Assembly: GCA_963826115.1 (NCBI GenBank)
Contig: CAWGVS010000007.1
Location: 64,001-128,000, forward strand
Length of the DNA stretch: 64,000 nt
Direction: 5' to 3'
DNA from: an uncultured Candidatus Rokubacteria bacterium
GTDB lineage: Bacteria; Methylomirabilota; Methylomirabilia; Rokubacteriales; DASRDR01
The notes beneath the pieces were generated by a model, which saw only the letters and a list, made by a program, of their open reading frames with translations, was not told the origin of the DNA and did no database searches. Made by a program: the position numbers and the translations under genes. Shown here piece by piece: positions 40,258 to 50,132 of the stretch (the stretch's first letter is position 1; each line of letters begins with the position of its first letter).

Positions 40258-41432
40258 CGGACGGCCTCGCCGGCGGCGGATCGGCCGGCCACCGCCACCT
40301 TCTCGAACGAGGCCCGCTGCCGCCAGAGCGGCAGGGCAAGCAGGGCCACCACGAGGGTGGGCGCGATCACCCCGGCCAGCGCGAGGAGCGCGGCGGCCTG
40401 TCGGGCCCGACGCGAGATCCAGCAGGCGATGGCGGCCAGGCTCACCGCCCCGCCAAGGGCGAGCCGCCCCGCCGGCGAGGTCATTGCCTCGCCCAGCCCG
40501 GCGAGAGCGAGGCCGGCGGTGACCAGGAGCAGGAGCGGCAGGATCGTCAGGTGGGCGGCGCGCCACAGGAAGACCGTCCGGGCCGCCGGCGTCATGGCGG
40601 CCACCCGGGGCAGGAACCGGAAGACCTCACGCAGGTAGGCGTGCGCGCGGCGAAACTTGTGGCGGACGAGCTCGCCGAGCCGGCGGGGCGAGCGCAGCTC
40701 GGTGACGGCGACCTCGATCAGCTCCACCCGTCGGCCGGCCGCCATCGCCGTGAAGGCCACGTGGAGGTCGTCGGCCACCACGTCGTCGGGCCAGGCGGTC
40801 AGGAGCTCGCGCCGGACCGCGAAGCACGGACCCGCCACCAGGGACGCGCAGCCGAGCCGCCCTTCCCGCCCGCGCAGGTAGTTGCCGAGCCGCCAGTGGA
40901 GGGCCTCGAGCGGATGCGGTCCGGCAGGGGTCACGGGCGCGCCGACCACGCCCACCGCGCGGTCGGCTTCCCCGGCGGCGACCAAGCGTTCGAGGGTCTC
41001 CGCCGGCAGGCGGGCGTCGGCGTCGGTCACGACGACCCAGGGCGCGTCACCGCGGCGCAGGCCGGCGTTCAGCTGGGCCGTCTTGTCGGCCTGCGGGAAC
41101 CGGACGAGCGAGAAGCGTGCATCCCCCACGATCTGCGCCGCGACGAGGGCCGCGGTGCCGTCCGACGAGGCGCCGTCCACGACAAACACGCGCAGCCGGT
41201 CGGGGGGATACCGGAGCTCGAGCAGGTCCCGGAGCTTCCCCTCGATCCAGCCAGCCTCGTTCCGCACCGCCACGATCACGTCGACCCGCGGCCACGTCGC
41301 GGGCCGTGGCGCGGGATCGGCAGCGGACGCGTCGTGCCGGGCGAGCCACGCGAGATACCCGAGGACGAGGCCGCCCTCGAGCAGGACGGTCAGGAGCGCG
41401 AGCCATGCCCAGTCAGGGAGGCTCAGCGCCAC
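40254..41432 (-). CDS. GT2 glycosyltransferase with N- and C-terminal TM helices
   Basis: VIVAVRNE, VDGASSDGT, TDAD, ADDL; start position uncertain. Confidence 0.85.
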   Translation of the reverse strand: MALSLPDWAWLALLTVLLEGGLVLGYLAWLARHDASAADPAPRPATWPRVDVIVAVRNEAGWIEGKLRDLLELRYPPDRLRVFVVDGASSDGTAALVAAQIVGDARFSLVRFPQADKTAQLNAGLRRGDAPWVVVTDADARLPAETLERLVAAGEADRAVGVVGAPVTPAGPHPLEALHWRLGNYLRGREGRLGCASLVAGPCFAVRRELLTAWPDDVVADDLHVAFTAMAAGRRVELIEVAVTELRSPRRLGELVRHKFRRAHAYLREVFRFLPRVAAMTPAARTVFLWRAAHLTILPLLLLVTAGLALAGLGEAMTSPAGRLALGGAVSLAAIACWISRRARQAAALLALAGVIAPTLVVALLALPLWRQRASFEKVAVAGRSAAGEAVR

Positions 41433-41622
41433 GCGCGCCTCACCGAGCGTCCGCCGTCCGTCGTCACGGACCGAACTGGCATCGCCGCTCCTCGTGTCGA
41501 GATCGCCGCGAACCGCCCACGGGCACCGCGCCGCCGCGTTCCGGGAAGCCTGGCGGAGTGTAGCGTGGGCCGACGCGTCCCGGCAAGCGGCGAGCGAACT
41601 CCGCCACGACGGCGGGCCGAGG

Positions 41623-41724
41623 CTGCGGCAGGCGAGCACCTCGGTCAGGTGCTCCAGGCCGATCGCGACGGCGCCCGCCAGGTCCGCGATCGCCCGCGCG
41701 AACCTTCAGCACGCGATCGCGCGC
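41623..41724 (-). pseudogene. Degenerate duplicate of the comM 3' end
   Basis: Reads (S)ARDRVLKV/ARAIADLAGAVAIGLEHLTEVLACR with a 1-nt insertion; aligns by eye to ~44191-44292. Confidence 0.85.
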
Positions 41725-41914
41725 GGATCCGCGACCCGACACCGACCCACCGGGCGGATATGACGGCCTACGGCCGCCCTGAGCGGGCGATCGGGAGCCT
41801 TAGGACGTGCGGCCGTGACTGACGGTGCGCGACGGCGCCGGGCGTACCCTTCCCAGGGCGGCGCAGTCTGACCGCGCGCAACTCCCCGCGCGGAAGGTCC
41901 CCTCCAGCCTGAGA

Positions 41915-43960
41915 CTAGGACGCTGGAGTCCAGGAGTTGCCGGGCCGGCACGCTGCCGGATCCGCACTCTCGGGCGCGTCCGAGAAGGTAGCCGTCATTG
42001 CCGAGATTCTCCGCGAATCGGCCGCGCTGATGGTGCGGTTCCCCTGGATTGACTCGAGCCGACCACCGGCGAGCCGCAGACCACAGAGATCCTCGTACCC
42101 GACCAAACGCCGGGTCGAGCCTTGAAACTCGACGTACTCGATCCGGGCGTTCACGCGAGCCGCATCGCTCGGCTTGTACACCGTGACTCGCCACGACCAC
42201 TTCCAGTCCGGCTGACGCCGATCGACGACTCCGAAGCGGATTGCGACGACTTCAATGGGGGAGGTGCTCGATTCCTGCCTCGCCGAGACCTTCCCGACGA
42301 TCGGAGGCGTTCGGTCGGACGACACCACGGGCCAGCCGAGGAGGCCGGCCCCGATCAATACCATGGCAAGCCCAGTCGCGAATCCTCCCACGGCGGTCAT
42401 CGGGGTCCGCCACGCGCCCCATCGCTCGTGGCCAAACTGGCGCTGGGTCGACGCGGCGACGGCCATGCCGAGAACGACCGCGGCGCGGCCCGGGCTGCCA
42501 AGATATCCCGCCCATGTCTGGCGCGCGGGAGTCAGACCGCTCGCCGCGCGGACCAAGCGCCGTCGGCGCGTCCCGACCACGCCGGCGCCCAGCGTGGCCA
42601 TGGCCTGGCCCGTGTCGCGCAGACGAACCGCCGCTCGCGACGCGCTGGTCAGCGCGCTGAGCGCGCCTCGCCCCGCCGCCTGCAGCCCGTGCCGACTCCT
42701 CGCCACCACCGCACCGCCCAGCGTGCTCGCCCCGCGGCCCGCGCGCTCGAGTCCTGCCACCCCCGCCCGCGCCGCCCCGCTCACCCCGCTCAGCACGCCT
42801 CGCCCCGCCGCCTGCAGCCCGTGCCGACTCCTCGCCGCCGCCGCGCCGCCCAGCGTGCTCGCCCCGCGGCCCGCGCGCTCGAGTCCTGCCACCCCCGCCC
42901 GCGCCGCCCCGCTCACCCCGCTCAGCACGCCTCGCCCCGCCGCCTGCAGCCCGCGCCCACTCGCCACCACCGCACCGCCCAGCGTGCTCGCCCCGCGGCC
43001 CGCGCGCTCGAGTCCTGCCACCCCCGCCCGCGCCGCCCCGCTCACCCCGCTCAGCACGCCTCGCCCCGCCGCCTGCAGCCCGTGCCGACTCCTCGCCACC
43101 GCCGCGGCGCCCAGCGTGCTCGCCCCGCGGCCCGCGCGCTCGAGTCCTGCCACCCCCGCCCGCGCCGCCCCGCTCACCCCGCTCAGCACGCCTCGCCCCG
43201 CCGCCTGCAGCCCGTGCCGACTCCTCGCCGCCGCGGCGACGCCCAGGGTAGCTAGGCCGTGGACCGGGCCGCTCAGGCCTACCGCGGCGTGGGGCACGCG
43301 GGCCAGCCCCTCGAACGCTCGACGGCCCGCCTGGCGCACCTGACGCTGGTTGACCACGGCCCCGAGAATGTGCCCATGCACCGCCTCGAGCTGCTCCGTG
43401 GCGCGACGGACCACGAACTGCGGCACCTTGCCGCCTATCACGAGAAGAATGCCGTCGACCACCGGCGCCAGCGTCGTGGCATCGCTCGCCGCCAGAACCG
43501 GAGGGGAGTCCAGAAGGACCACATCGTATTGCTCGGTCACGGCCTGGAGCAGCTCGCGCATGCGCCGAGAGAACAGGAGATCCGAGGGATTGCCCGCGAA
43601 GGGTCCGCTGGGGATGACGGAGAGGTTGGGGACCGACGTCCGCGCCACGACCGTCTCGAGCTCGGCTGTGCCCGCGAGGTAGGACGATAGTCCGACAGCA
43701 CTAGGCACCTGCAATAGCGTGTGAAGGACCGGGCGTCGGAGGTCGGCGTCCACGAGCAGCACGCGGCACTCGGCTTGGGCCAGCGAGATCCCGAGGTTGG
43801 CCGTGACGCTGGACTTGCCGGCGCCCACTTCCGCGCTGGTGACCAGCACGCTGCGCGGCGTCGGCATCGCGTGGTGGAGGTAGTTCCGCAGCATTCGATA
43901 GGCCTCCGCGGCCGATGACCGCGGATCGTCCAGCAACACGGGTCGAGGAGTATGTGGCAT
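41915..43960 (-). CDS. CpsD/CapB-like BY-kinase domain fused to a 44-aa repeat region, a TM helix and a C-terminal domain
   Basis: AEAYRMLR, TSAEVGAGKS, LVDADLRRP, LLDSPP; no Tyr cluster; alternative GTG start at 43978. Confidence 0.8.
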   Translation of the reverse strand: MPHTPRPVLLDDPRSSAAEAYRMLRNYLHHAMPTPRSVLVTSAEVGAGKSSVTANLGISLAQAECRVLLVDADLRRPVLHTLLQVPSAVGLSSYLAGTAELETVVARTSVPNLSVIPSGPFAGNPSDLLFSRRMRELLQAVTEQYDVVLLDSPPVLAASDATTLAPVVDGILLVIGGKVPQFVVRRATEQLEAVHGHILGAVVNQRQVRQAGRRAFEGLARVPHAAVGLSGPVHGLATLGVAAAARSRHGLQAAGRGVLSGVSGAARAGVAGLERAGRGASTLGAAAVARSRHGLQAAGRGVLSGVSGAARAGVAGLERAGRGASTLGGAVVASGRGLQAAGRGVLSGVSGAARAGVAGLERAGRGASTLGGAAAARSRHGLQAAGRGVLSGVSGAARAGVAGLERAGRGASTLGGAVVARSRHGLQAAGRGALSALTSASRAAVRLRDTGQAMATLGAGVVGTRRRRLVRAASGLTPARQTWAGYLGSPGRAAVVLGMAVAASTQRQFGHERWGAWRTPMTAVGGFATGLAMVLIGAGLLGWPVVSSDRTPPIVGKVSARQESSTSPIEVVAIRFGVVDRRQPDWKWSWRVTVYKPSDAARVNARIEYVEFQGSTRRLVGYEDLCGLRLAGGRLESIQGNRTISAADSRRISAMTATFSDAPESADPAACRPGNSWTPAS
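42660..43245 (-). repeat. 132-bp coding tandem repeat, about 4.4 copies (one unit 129 bp)
   Basis: GCCGACTCCTCGCC anchors at 42691, 42823, 43084 and 43216. Confidence 0.95.
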
Positions 43961-44168
43961 CGTCACATCGATTCCCACTTCGACTTCCGGTCGGCAGGAA
44001 TGAATTGCAAACGCGACGAAGACAACCGAGGCGCGGACCCCGCGCCCTACGAACCTCGGCGCCTTTCTGCGGCACCTCCCCGGGCCAGCCCGTCCTGGCC
44101 CACCGCCTGACTATAGGCCGATCGGATCGGAGCGGCAATAGCTCGCCGGCGGGCCGGCGCCCCTGCAT

Positions 44169-45692
44169 CTAGATCAGGCGGCGATCGAGCGTGCGGTAGG
44201 CGAGCGCTTCCGCCAGGTGCTCCACGCCGATCGCGTCCGCGTCCGCCAGGTCCGCGATCGTCCGCGCCACCTTGAGCACGCGGTCGTGCGCGCGCGCCGA
44301 GAGCCCGAGCCGCGCCGACGCGCGGAGTAGAAGGTCTCGCCCCGCCGGTCCGAGGGGACAGTGCCGCGCGAGCTGCCGCGGCGTCAGGCGCGCGTTCACG
44401 CGCCCGCGTCCCCGCTCGCCGCGCGCCCGCTGGCGCACCCGCGCCCGGGCCACCCGCCCCTGCACCGCCAGCGACTCCGGCGAGGCCCCGTCGCGGACGC
44501 CGGGCACCTCCGGCGGCACGGGGCCCACCTCCACGTGGAGATCGATCCGGTCGAGGAGCGGCGCGGACAGGCGGCCCAGGTAGCGCGCGCGCTCCGCCGG
44601 CGTACAGACGCACCCGTCCACGCTCCGGCAGCCACGCCGGCAGGGGTTCATCGCGCCCACGAGCTGCACCTCCGCCGGCAGCCGCACCGTCCCGCCCGCG
44701 CGCGCCACCGTGAGCACCCCGTCCTCCAGCGGCTGCCGGAGCGTGTCGAGCGCGTGGGGCGCGAACTCCGGCAGCTCGTCCAGGAAGAGCACGCCGAGGT
44801 GCGCGAGGCTCACCTCGCCCGGATGCGGGAGCCGGCCGCCGCCCACGAGTCCCGCGGCGGAGACCGTGTGGTGCGGCGCCCGGAACGGCCGCCGGGTGAC
44901 GAGCCCCTCCGCCGGGAGCAGTCCCGCCACGCTCCACACGCGGCTCACCTCGATCACCTCGGCCACCGTGAGCGGCGGCAGGATCGTCGGGAGCCGCCGC
45001 GCGAGCAGCGTCTTCCCGGTCCCCGGCGGGCCGATCAGCAGGAGGTTGTGGCCGCCGGCGGCGGCGATCTCCAGGGCTCGCTTCGCGTGGGCCTGACCCC
45101 GCACGTCGCCGAGGTCCACGTCGTCGGGCAGCGCGGCGACGAGAAGCTCCGCCGGCTCGGCGGGCGTCCGCGCGATCGGCTGCTCGTCGTTCAGGAACGC
45201 CGCCGCCTCGGCGAGGGAGCCCACGGCGTATACCGCGAGGGCCTCGAGCACCGACGCCTCCGCGGTGTTGCCAGCGGCCAGGAGGCAGCCGTCGAGCCCC
45301 GCGTGGCTCGCCCGGAGCGCCATCGGGAGCACCCCGCGCACGGGATGGATCGTCCCGTCGAGGGCGAGCTCGCCCACCACCAGGAGGCGCGCGAGCCGCT
45401 CGGGCTTCACCGCGCCCGTCGCGGCGAGGAGGCCGAGCGCGATGGGAAGGTCGAAGCTCACTCCCTCCTTCCGGAGGTCCGCCGGCGCCAGGTTGACGGT
45501 GACTCGCTCGAGCGGGAACGCGAAGCCGGAGTTGCGGATGGCCGTGCGGACGCGCTCCCGGCTCTCGCGCACGACCGGGTCCGGCAGGCCGACCGTCGAG
45601 AACGTGGGCAGACCCTGGCTCACGTCCACCTCGACGCGGACGAGCGCGGCGTCGACGCCGGCGAGGCAGGCGGAGAAGACCCGGGCCAGCAT
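44169..45692 (-). CDS. comM: YifB/ComM Mg-chelatase-like AAA+ ATPase
   Basis: VGLPD..VRESRERV, NLAPADLRKEG, GPPGTGKT, PFRAPHH, LFLDELPEF. Confidence 0.95.
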   Translation of the reverse strand: MLARVFSACLAGVDAALVRVEVDVSQGLPTFSTVGLPDPVVRESRERVRTAIRNSGFAFPLERVTVNLAPADLRKEGVSFDLPIALGLLAATGAVKPERLARLLVVGELALDGTIHPVRGVLPMALRASHAGLDGCLLAAGNTAEASVLEALAVYAVGSLAEAAAFLNDEQPIARTPAEPAELLVAALPDDVDLGDVRGQAHAKRALEIAAAGGHNLLLIGPPGTGKTLLARRLPTILPPLTVAEVIEVSRVWSVAGLLPAEGLVTRRPFRAPHHTVSAAGLVGGGRLPHPGEVSLAHLGVLFLDELPEFAPHALDTLRQPLEDGVLTVARAGGTVRLPAEVQLVGAMNPCRRGCRSVDGCVCTPAERARYLGRLSAPLLDRIDLHVEVGPVPPEVPGVRDGASPESLAVQGRVARARVRQRARGERGRGRVNARLTPRQLARHCPLGPAGRDLLLRASARLGLSARAHDRVLKVARTIADLADADAIGVEHLAEALAYRTLDRRLI

Positions 45693-46185
45693 CACGGTCT
45701 TCGCCAGCGGCGCGATGCTCGCCCGGCGCGCGCGGCGTGCCCAGCGGTCGAGTCCACGCTTGGAGCTGTTGCAAGCAGTGATCCGGACCGGGCGACTCAG
45801 CGAATTGTGGATCCATGCGGCTGTCCCGCCGGGAGCCGCCTCGAGCGGCGGCGAGACGATACGGCGTGTATCTGAAGTCACGCCTCCCCATTTACTCCGC
45901 CTCGGCGATGCTACGGATCGGATATGGCTGGGATACGATGGGCGGACACAATGGAGATGCGAGTTCGAACATCCACGTCCATCCCCTTCTCCGCTCCCGT
46001 ATTGGTCGCGCGGCGCGGCGGCAGGCGGCACGCCACGGCCTAGACGTGATGACGACGAGCTACGAAGAGCTTCTCCGGCGACTCGCGCGCCACCCGTGCC
46101 GGGCGCCACTTGACGCGCTGCGAGCGTCCGCCCCGGGACAGGACCATAGATTGTGGTGCGAGTGCCTCGGGAACGTGACTTGACA

Positions 46186-47033
46186 ATGCCGGCGCTCGTG
46201 AAACGGGCGGCGCGCCGCGCCGGGTCACGCCCGTAACCGGCCTGCCCTCGCCGGCTCTCGGGCGCGCCACCTTCCGGATCGAGCTGGTCGATGGCCGTGT
46301 CTTGAAAGGACGGCGCTTCGACCACCCCTTGCACGCGGAGAGCCTCGTCCGGCTGACCGGACTCCTAGGACTCGAGTGTCTCTCGCGGGTGGTGGCGCGA
46401 CGGGGCGCGGCGACACTGGAGGAGTGGGTGCCCGGCCCCACCATCGAGGGCCTGGCGCGCACGCCCGCCGTCCTGGAGGCCTGCGGAGCCATCCTTGGAC
46501 GGATCCACGCCCGGCCCCCCCTGCCGAGTGACCTGGTCAGCGCCCCGAGCGTCGAAGGTCGCCGTGCGGTCGCGGAACAGCAGGTCGGACAGCTCGAGCG
46601 ACTGGGCCTCGTAACCTCCGGTCTAGGCCCGCAGCTCCGGGCGCTCATCGCCGCCGAGGCCCCAGTCACGGCGACCGCCGGCTTCGTCCACCGCGATTTC
46701 GCGCCCGGGAACCTCGTGCTCAGCCCGGAAGGTCGGCCAGTGGCCGTGGACAACACCACGCTGGGGATCGACCTCCATGACTTCGACCTCGGCCGCACCT
46801 GGTATCGCTGGCCGATGACGGCGGACGAGTGGACGGCGTTCGCCAGGGGGTACCGCCGCGAGCGCAGCCCGGACGCCTTCGACGCGCACTTTCGGTTCTG
46901 GGCCGTGGCGGCGCTCGTTGATGCCGCCCTCTTTCGCTACAACGCCTGCGTCGACGGCGTCGAGATCCCGCTCACGCGGCTGGCGCTGCTCGCACAGGCG
47001 CGAGGGGCCGGCTTCGGCCCGGAGGCCGCGTGA
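46186..47033 (+). CDS. APH/choline-kinase-like phosphotransferase; 5' end possibly frameshifted
   Basis: HRDFAPGN catalytic loop and VD. The in-frame reading extends upstream of the 46302 TTG, but the nearest ATG (46186) is in another frame. Confidence 0.65.
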
Positions 47034-47434
47034 CGGCTCCGGGCGGCGCGGTGCGCCTCACCTGCAGCGATGTCACCATCGGGGTGAGCAGCGCCACCGC
47101 GGCCCCCGTGCGATGGCTGGAGGAGTTCCTCGAGCCCTGGTTCCGGGTCGACCGCGCTGGGACGGTGGGTGTGACGGTGACCCTCACTCTCGACGGCGAA
47201 CGCCTCCGCGCCCTGCGCCGCGACGTGGGAGCCGGCGCCGCGCTGGTCGACACGTTCGTGCTCGACAGCCGGGTGACGCGATGTCCCGCCCTGGAGCACC
47301 CGCGTGGCCGCTGGACGGTGCTCGACGAGGCCATGGGCGCCGCCGCCTGTCAGATGCGGTCCAGGGCGTTCCGGCACGTGGAGACGATCCCGTCGGCAGG
47401 CGTCAAGGACGCTCCGGTCAAGGGGAGCCAGTGA
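47030..47434 (+). pseudogene. Short or truncated hypothetical protein (possibly the N-terminus of an HPr-kinase-like protein)
   Basis: GTGA-coupled to both neighbours; WLEEFLEPWF; no P-loop reached before the stop. Confidence 0.4.
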
Positions 47435-49071
47435 GAAGAGCGGCGTGGCTGGCTCATCCCGGCCGGGGAGCGGCCCTGCTGCTCGCGGCGTTCGTGGTCC
47501 TCGAGGTCGGAAGCCTCTGGCATATGACGCTCACGACAGACGAGGTCAGCCACTATGCCTACGGCTGGCAGATCGCCAACTTCGACTCGACACGGTTCGG
47601 CTACAGCAAGATGCCGTTCTCGGCGCTCAACGCGCTGCCGCGTCGGCTGGCCTCGGGGCTCGAGCCGGGGGCCCTACGGAGCCACCTGGAGACGATCGAG
47701 TTCGGCCGGTACGCGACGGTGGTCTGTGCGGTGTGGCTCGGGTGGCTGGTCTTCCGCTGGGCCGGAGCGCTCTACGGGCCCGCGGCGGGGCTCCTGGCAC
47801 TCACGCTGTTCGTGTTCGATCCGAACATCCTGGCGAACGCGGGGCTCGTGACCACCGACCTGTACGCGGCGTCGATGATCGCGCTCGCCGTGTGGTCCTT
47901 CTGGCGATTCCTCAACCACCGGGGGCCGGGCGTGTGGCGGGCGGCGACGGTGAGCGCGGGGCTGTTCGGCCTGGCCCAGCTTGCCAAGTACACGTCGGCG
48001 TATCTCATGCCGATTCTACTGCTGATCGCGCTCGGGCACGCGACCCCGGCTGTCTGGGCCCTCGGGCGGGCCGGGGAGTGGCGCGCCCTGGCCGCGCGGG
48101 TCGTCACGGCCGGGAAGTACGCGGGGCTCTATGTGGTCGCGTTTCTGGTCATCGTCAACCTGGGGTACTGGGGCCAGGGCACGTTCCGGCCGCTGGCGAC
48201 CTACGGGTTCCGCTCGAATCACTTCCAGAGGGTGCAGGCGGCGTTCCGGCCGGTGCCCGGTCTCCGGGTGCCGGTGCCCTCGGCGTACGTCGAGGGCATC
48301 GACTTAACGCTCTACAACGAGCGCTTGGGGAGGAACGTCTACCTGCTGGGGCAGATGGGCAAGGACGGTGTGCCGGGACGACGCTTTCCGGAGTACTACG
48401 CCGTCGCGTGGCTCTACAAGGAGCCCATTGCGACCCAACTCCTCCTGCTCCTCGCAGTCGTGGCCTACGTGGTCCGCTGGCGGCGGTTCGACTTCCGCCG
48501 CAACGAGTGGTTCCTCATGTGCCCCGTCCTGTTCTTCGCCTGGTATTTCACGTTCGTGTTCAACATGCAGATCGGGTACCGGTTCGCGTTGGTCGTGCTG
48601 CCGTTTCTCTTCGTGTTCACGAGCAGCCTCCTGCGCGATGCGGCGACGATGAGGCGCGGGCCGAAGCTCCTGATCGGGGGCCTCGTGCTCTATCTCGTGG
48701 TCTCCGTGCTGTCGTACTACCCCCACGTCATTCCGTACTTCAACGAGCTCGTCTGGGACCGGACGAAGGCGTATCGGATCCTGGCCGACTCGAACTTGGG
48801 GTGGAGCCAGAACAAGTGGTACGTCGAGCGGTACCTCCGCCGCCACCCGGACGCCCTTTTCGAGCCGGACGTGCCGCAGGCCGGCACGATCGTCGTCTCG
48901 GTCAACAAGTACGTCGGGCTCTGGTCCGCGGAGCGGTACCGGTGGCTGCGGGAGAACTTCGAGCCCGTCGGGCACGTTGCCCACGGGCACCTGATCTTCA
49001 GGGTTACTCCCGAGAAGCTCAGGCAAATAACGGATCCGCTGCCCGCCGATGCGGGGGACAAGCAAGACTGA
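47431..49071 (+). CDS. GT39/ArnT-like (GT-C) membrane glycosyltransferase
   Basis: TTDEVSH loop, DPNILANAGLVTTD, LAKYT, LADSNLGW; multiple TM segments. Confidence 0.82.
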   Translation: MRRAAWLAHPGRGAALLLAAFVVLEVGSLWHMTLTTDEVSHYAYGWQIANFDSTRFGYSKMPFSALNALPRRLASGLEPGALRSHLETIEFGRYATVVCAVWLGWLVFRWAGALYGPAAGLLALTLFVFDPNILANAGLVTTDLYAASMIALAVWSFWRFLNHRGPGVWRAATVSAGLFGLAQLAKYTSAYLMPILLLIALGHATPAVWALGRAGEWRALAARVVTAGKYAGLYVVAFLVIVNLGYWGQGTFRPLATYGFRSNHFQRVQAAFRPVPGLRVPVPSAYVEGIDLTLYNERLGRNVYLLGQMGKDGVPGRRFPEYYAVAWLYKEPIATQLLLLLAVVAYVVRWRRFDFRRNEWFLMCPVLFFAWYFTFVFNMQIGYRFALVVLPFLFVFTSSLLRDAATMRRGPKLLIGGLVLYLVVSVLSYYPHVIPYFNELVWDRTKAYRILADSNLGWSQNKWYVERYLRRHPDALFEPDVPQAGTIVVSVNKYVGLWSAERYRWLRENFEPVGHVAHGHLIFRVTPEKLRQITDPLPADAGDKQD

Positions 49072-49295
49072 CCTCGCTCGCGCGCGCGGCCGCCCGGGCT
49101 GCCTGAGCCCGACGCCCGACGCGGGGGGCCCGCCCAGGGGTCCAGCGGGGCGCCCCACGAAGTACGACAGGAAGGGTGTCCGGATGCTAGTCTCTCGTCC
49201 GGCGGCGGATCCCCAACGGGCATCCCACCGCACTAGCCGGAGCTTGGGGCCATTCAGATTGACCCCCTGGCCGACGGGAGGCGCGAGGAAGCGCA

Positions 49296-50093
49296 GTGAT
49301 GCTGGTTGCCTTCTCGATCATTGCGGTGCTCGCCTTCGCGGCGGAGCGGCTATGGCCCGCGCGGCCCCAGGTTGTGTTCCGTCCCGGCCTCGTGACCGAC
49401 GGCATCTACCTCGCCATCAACATCGTCCTTCGCATCGCGTTCACCAACACCCTGGCGATCGCCGTCTCGCGCGCCGGTCAGCAGCTGTTTCCTCGCCACA
49501 CCGTGTCGGTCCTCAGCGACGCGCCGTTCTGGGTACAGACCGTGGCGGTGATCGTGGCCATCGACTTCTGCTTCTACTGGATGCACCGGGCCAAGCACCA
49601 GTGGGCGTGGTGGTGGCGCCTCCATGAGACGCACCACAGCTCCCGCGAGCTCGACTGGTTCTCGAGCGTGCGCTTCCACCCCCTCGAGAAGATCCTCGAC
49701 CGTCTCCTCTACTTGCTGCCACTCCTGTTTCTCGGGGTCTCGGACGCGGCTCTGCTGGTCCTGTCCATCCTGGATGCGACGGTGGCCACCTTCGCCCATG
49801 CGAACACCACGTTCCGGATCGGGCCGCTGATCTACCTCTTCGTGGGGCCCGAGATGCACCGCTGGCATCACGCGCGGGACCCCAGATTCCAGAACGTGAA
49901 CTTCAGCAACAACCTCTCGATCTTCGACTGGATGTTCGGCACCGCGTATGTCCCGGGGCAGGCACCAGCGGAGTTCGGCGTCGACGACGAGGCCTATCCG
50001 GAGGGGAACATCGCCCGACAGTTCACGTACGCATTTCGGCCGATGGAGTCCGTCGCCGCCGCGCCGCATGCCCGCTTGGCGGAAGACGCCTGA
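49296..50093 (+). CDS. Sterol desaturase/fatty-acid hydroxylase family protein
   Basis: His boxes YWMHRAKH, HETHHS, HAN, HRWHH. Confidence 0.9.
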   Translation: MMLVAFSIIAVLAFAAERLWPARPQVVFRPGLVTDGIYLAINIVLRIAFTNTLAIAVSRAGQQLFPRHTVSVLSDAPFWVQTVAVIVAIDFCFYWMHRAKHQWAWWWRLHETHHSSRELDWFSSVRFHPLEKILDRLLYLLPLLFLGVSDAALLVLSILDATVATFAHANTTFRIGPLIYLFVGPEMHRWHHARDPRFQNVNFSNNLSIFDWMFGTAYVPGQAPAEFGVDDEAYPEGNIARQFTYAFRPMESVAAAPHARLAEDA

Positions 50094-50132
50094 GGTGCCG
50101 AGCCGCCTCACGCCGGGCGGCGAGACGGGCTG

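Noticed and set aside
42255-43343. Pro/Ala-rich plus-strand ORF across the 132-bp repeats
   Set aside because: It is the antisense shadow of the BY-kinase fusion, and the repeats are contiguous with no spacers, so this is not CRISPR.
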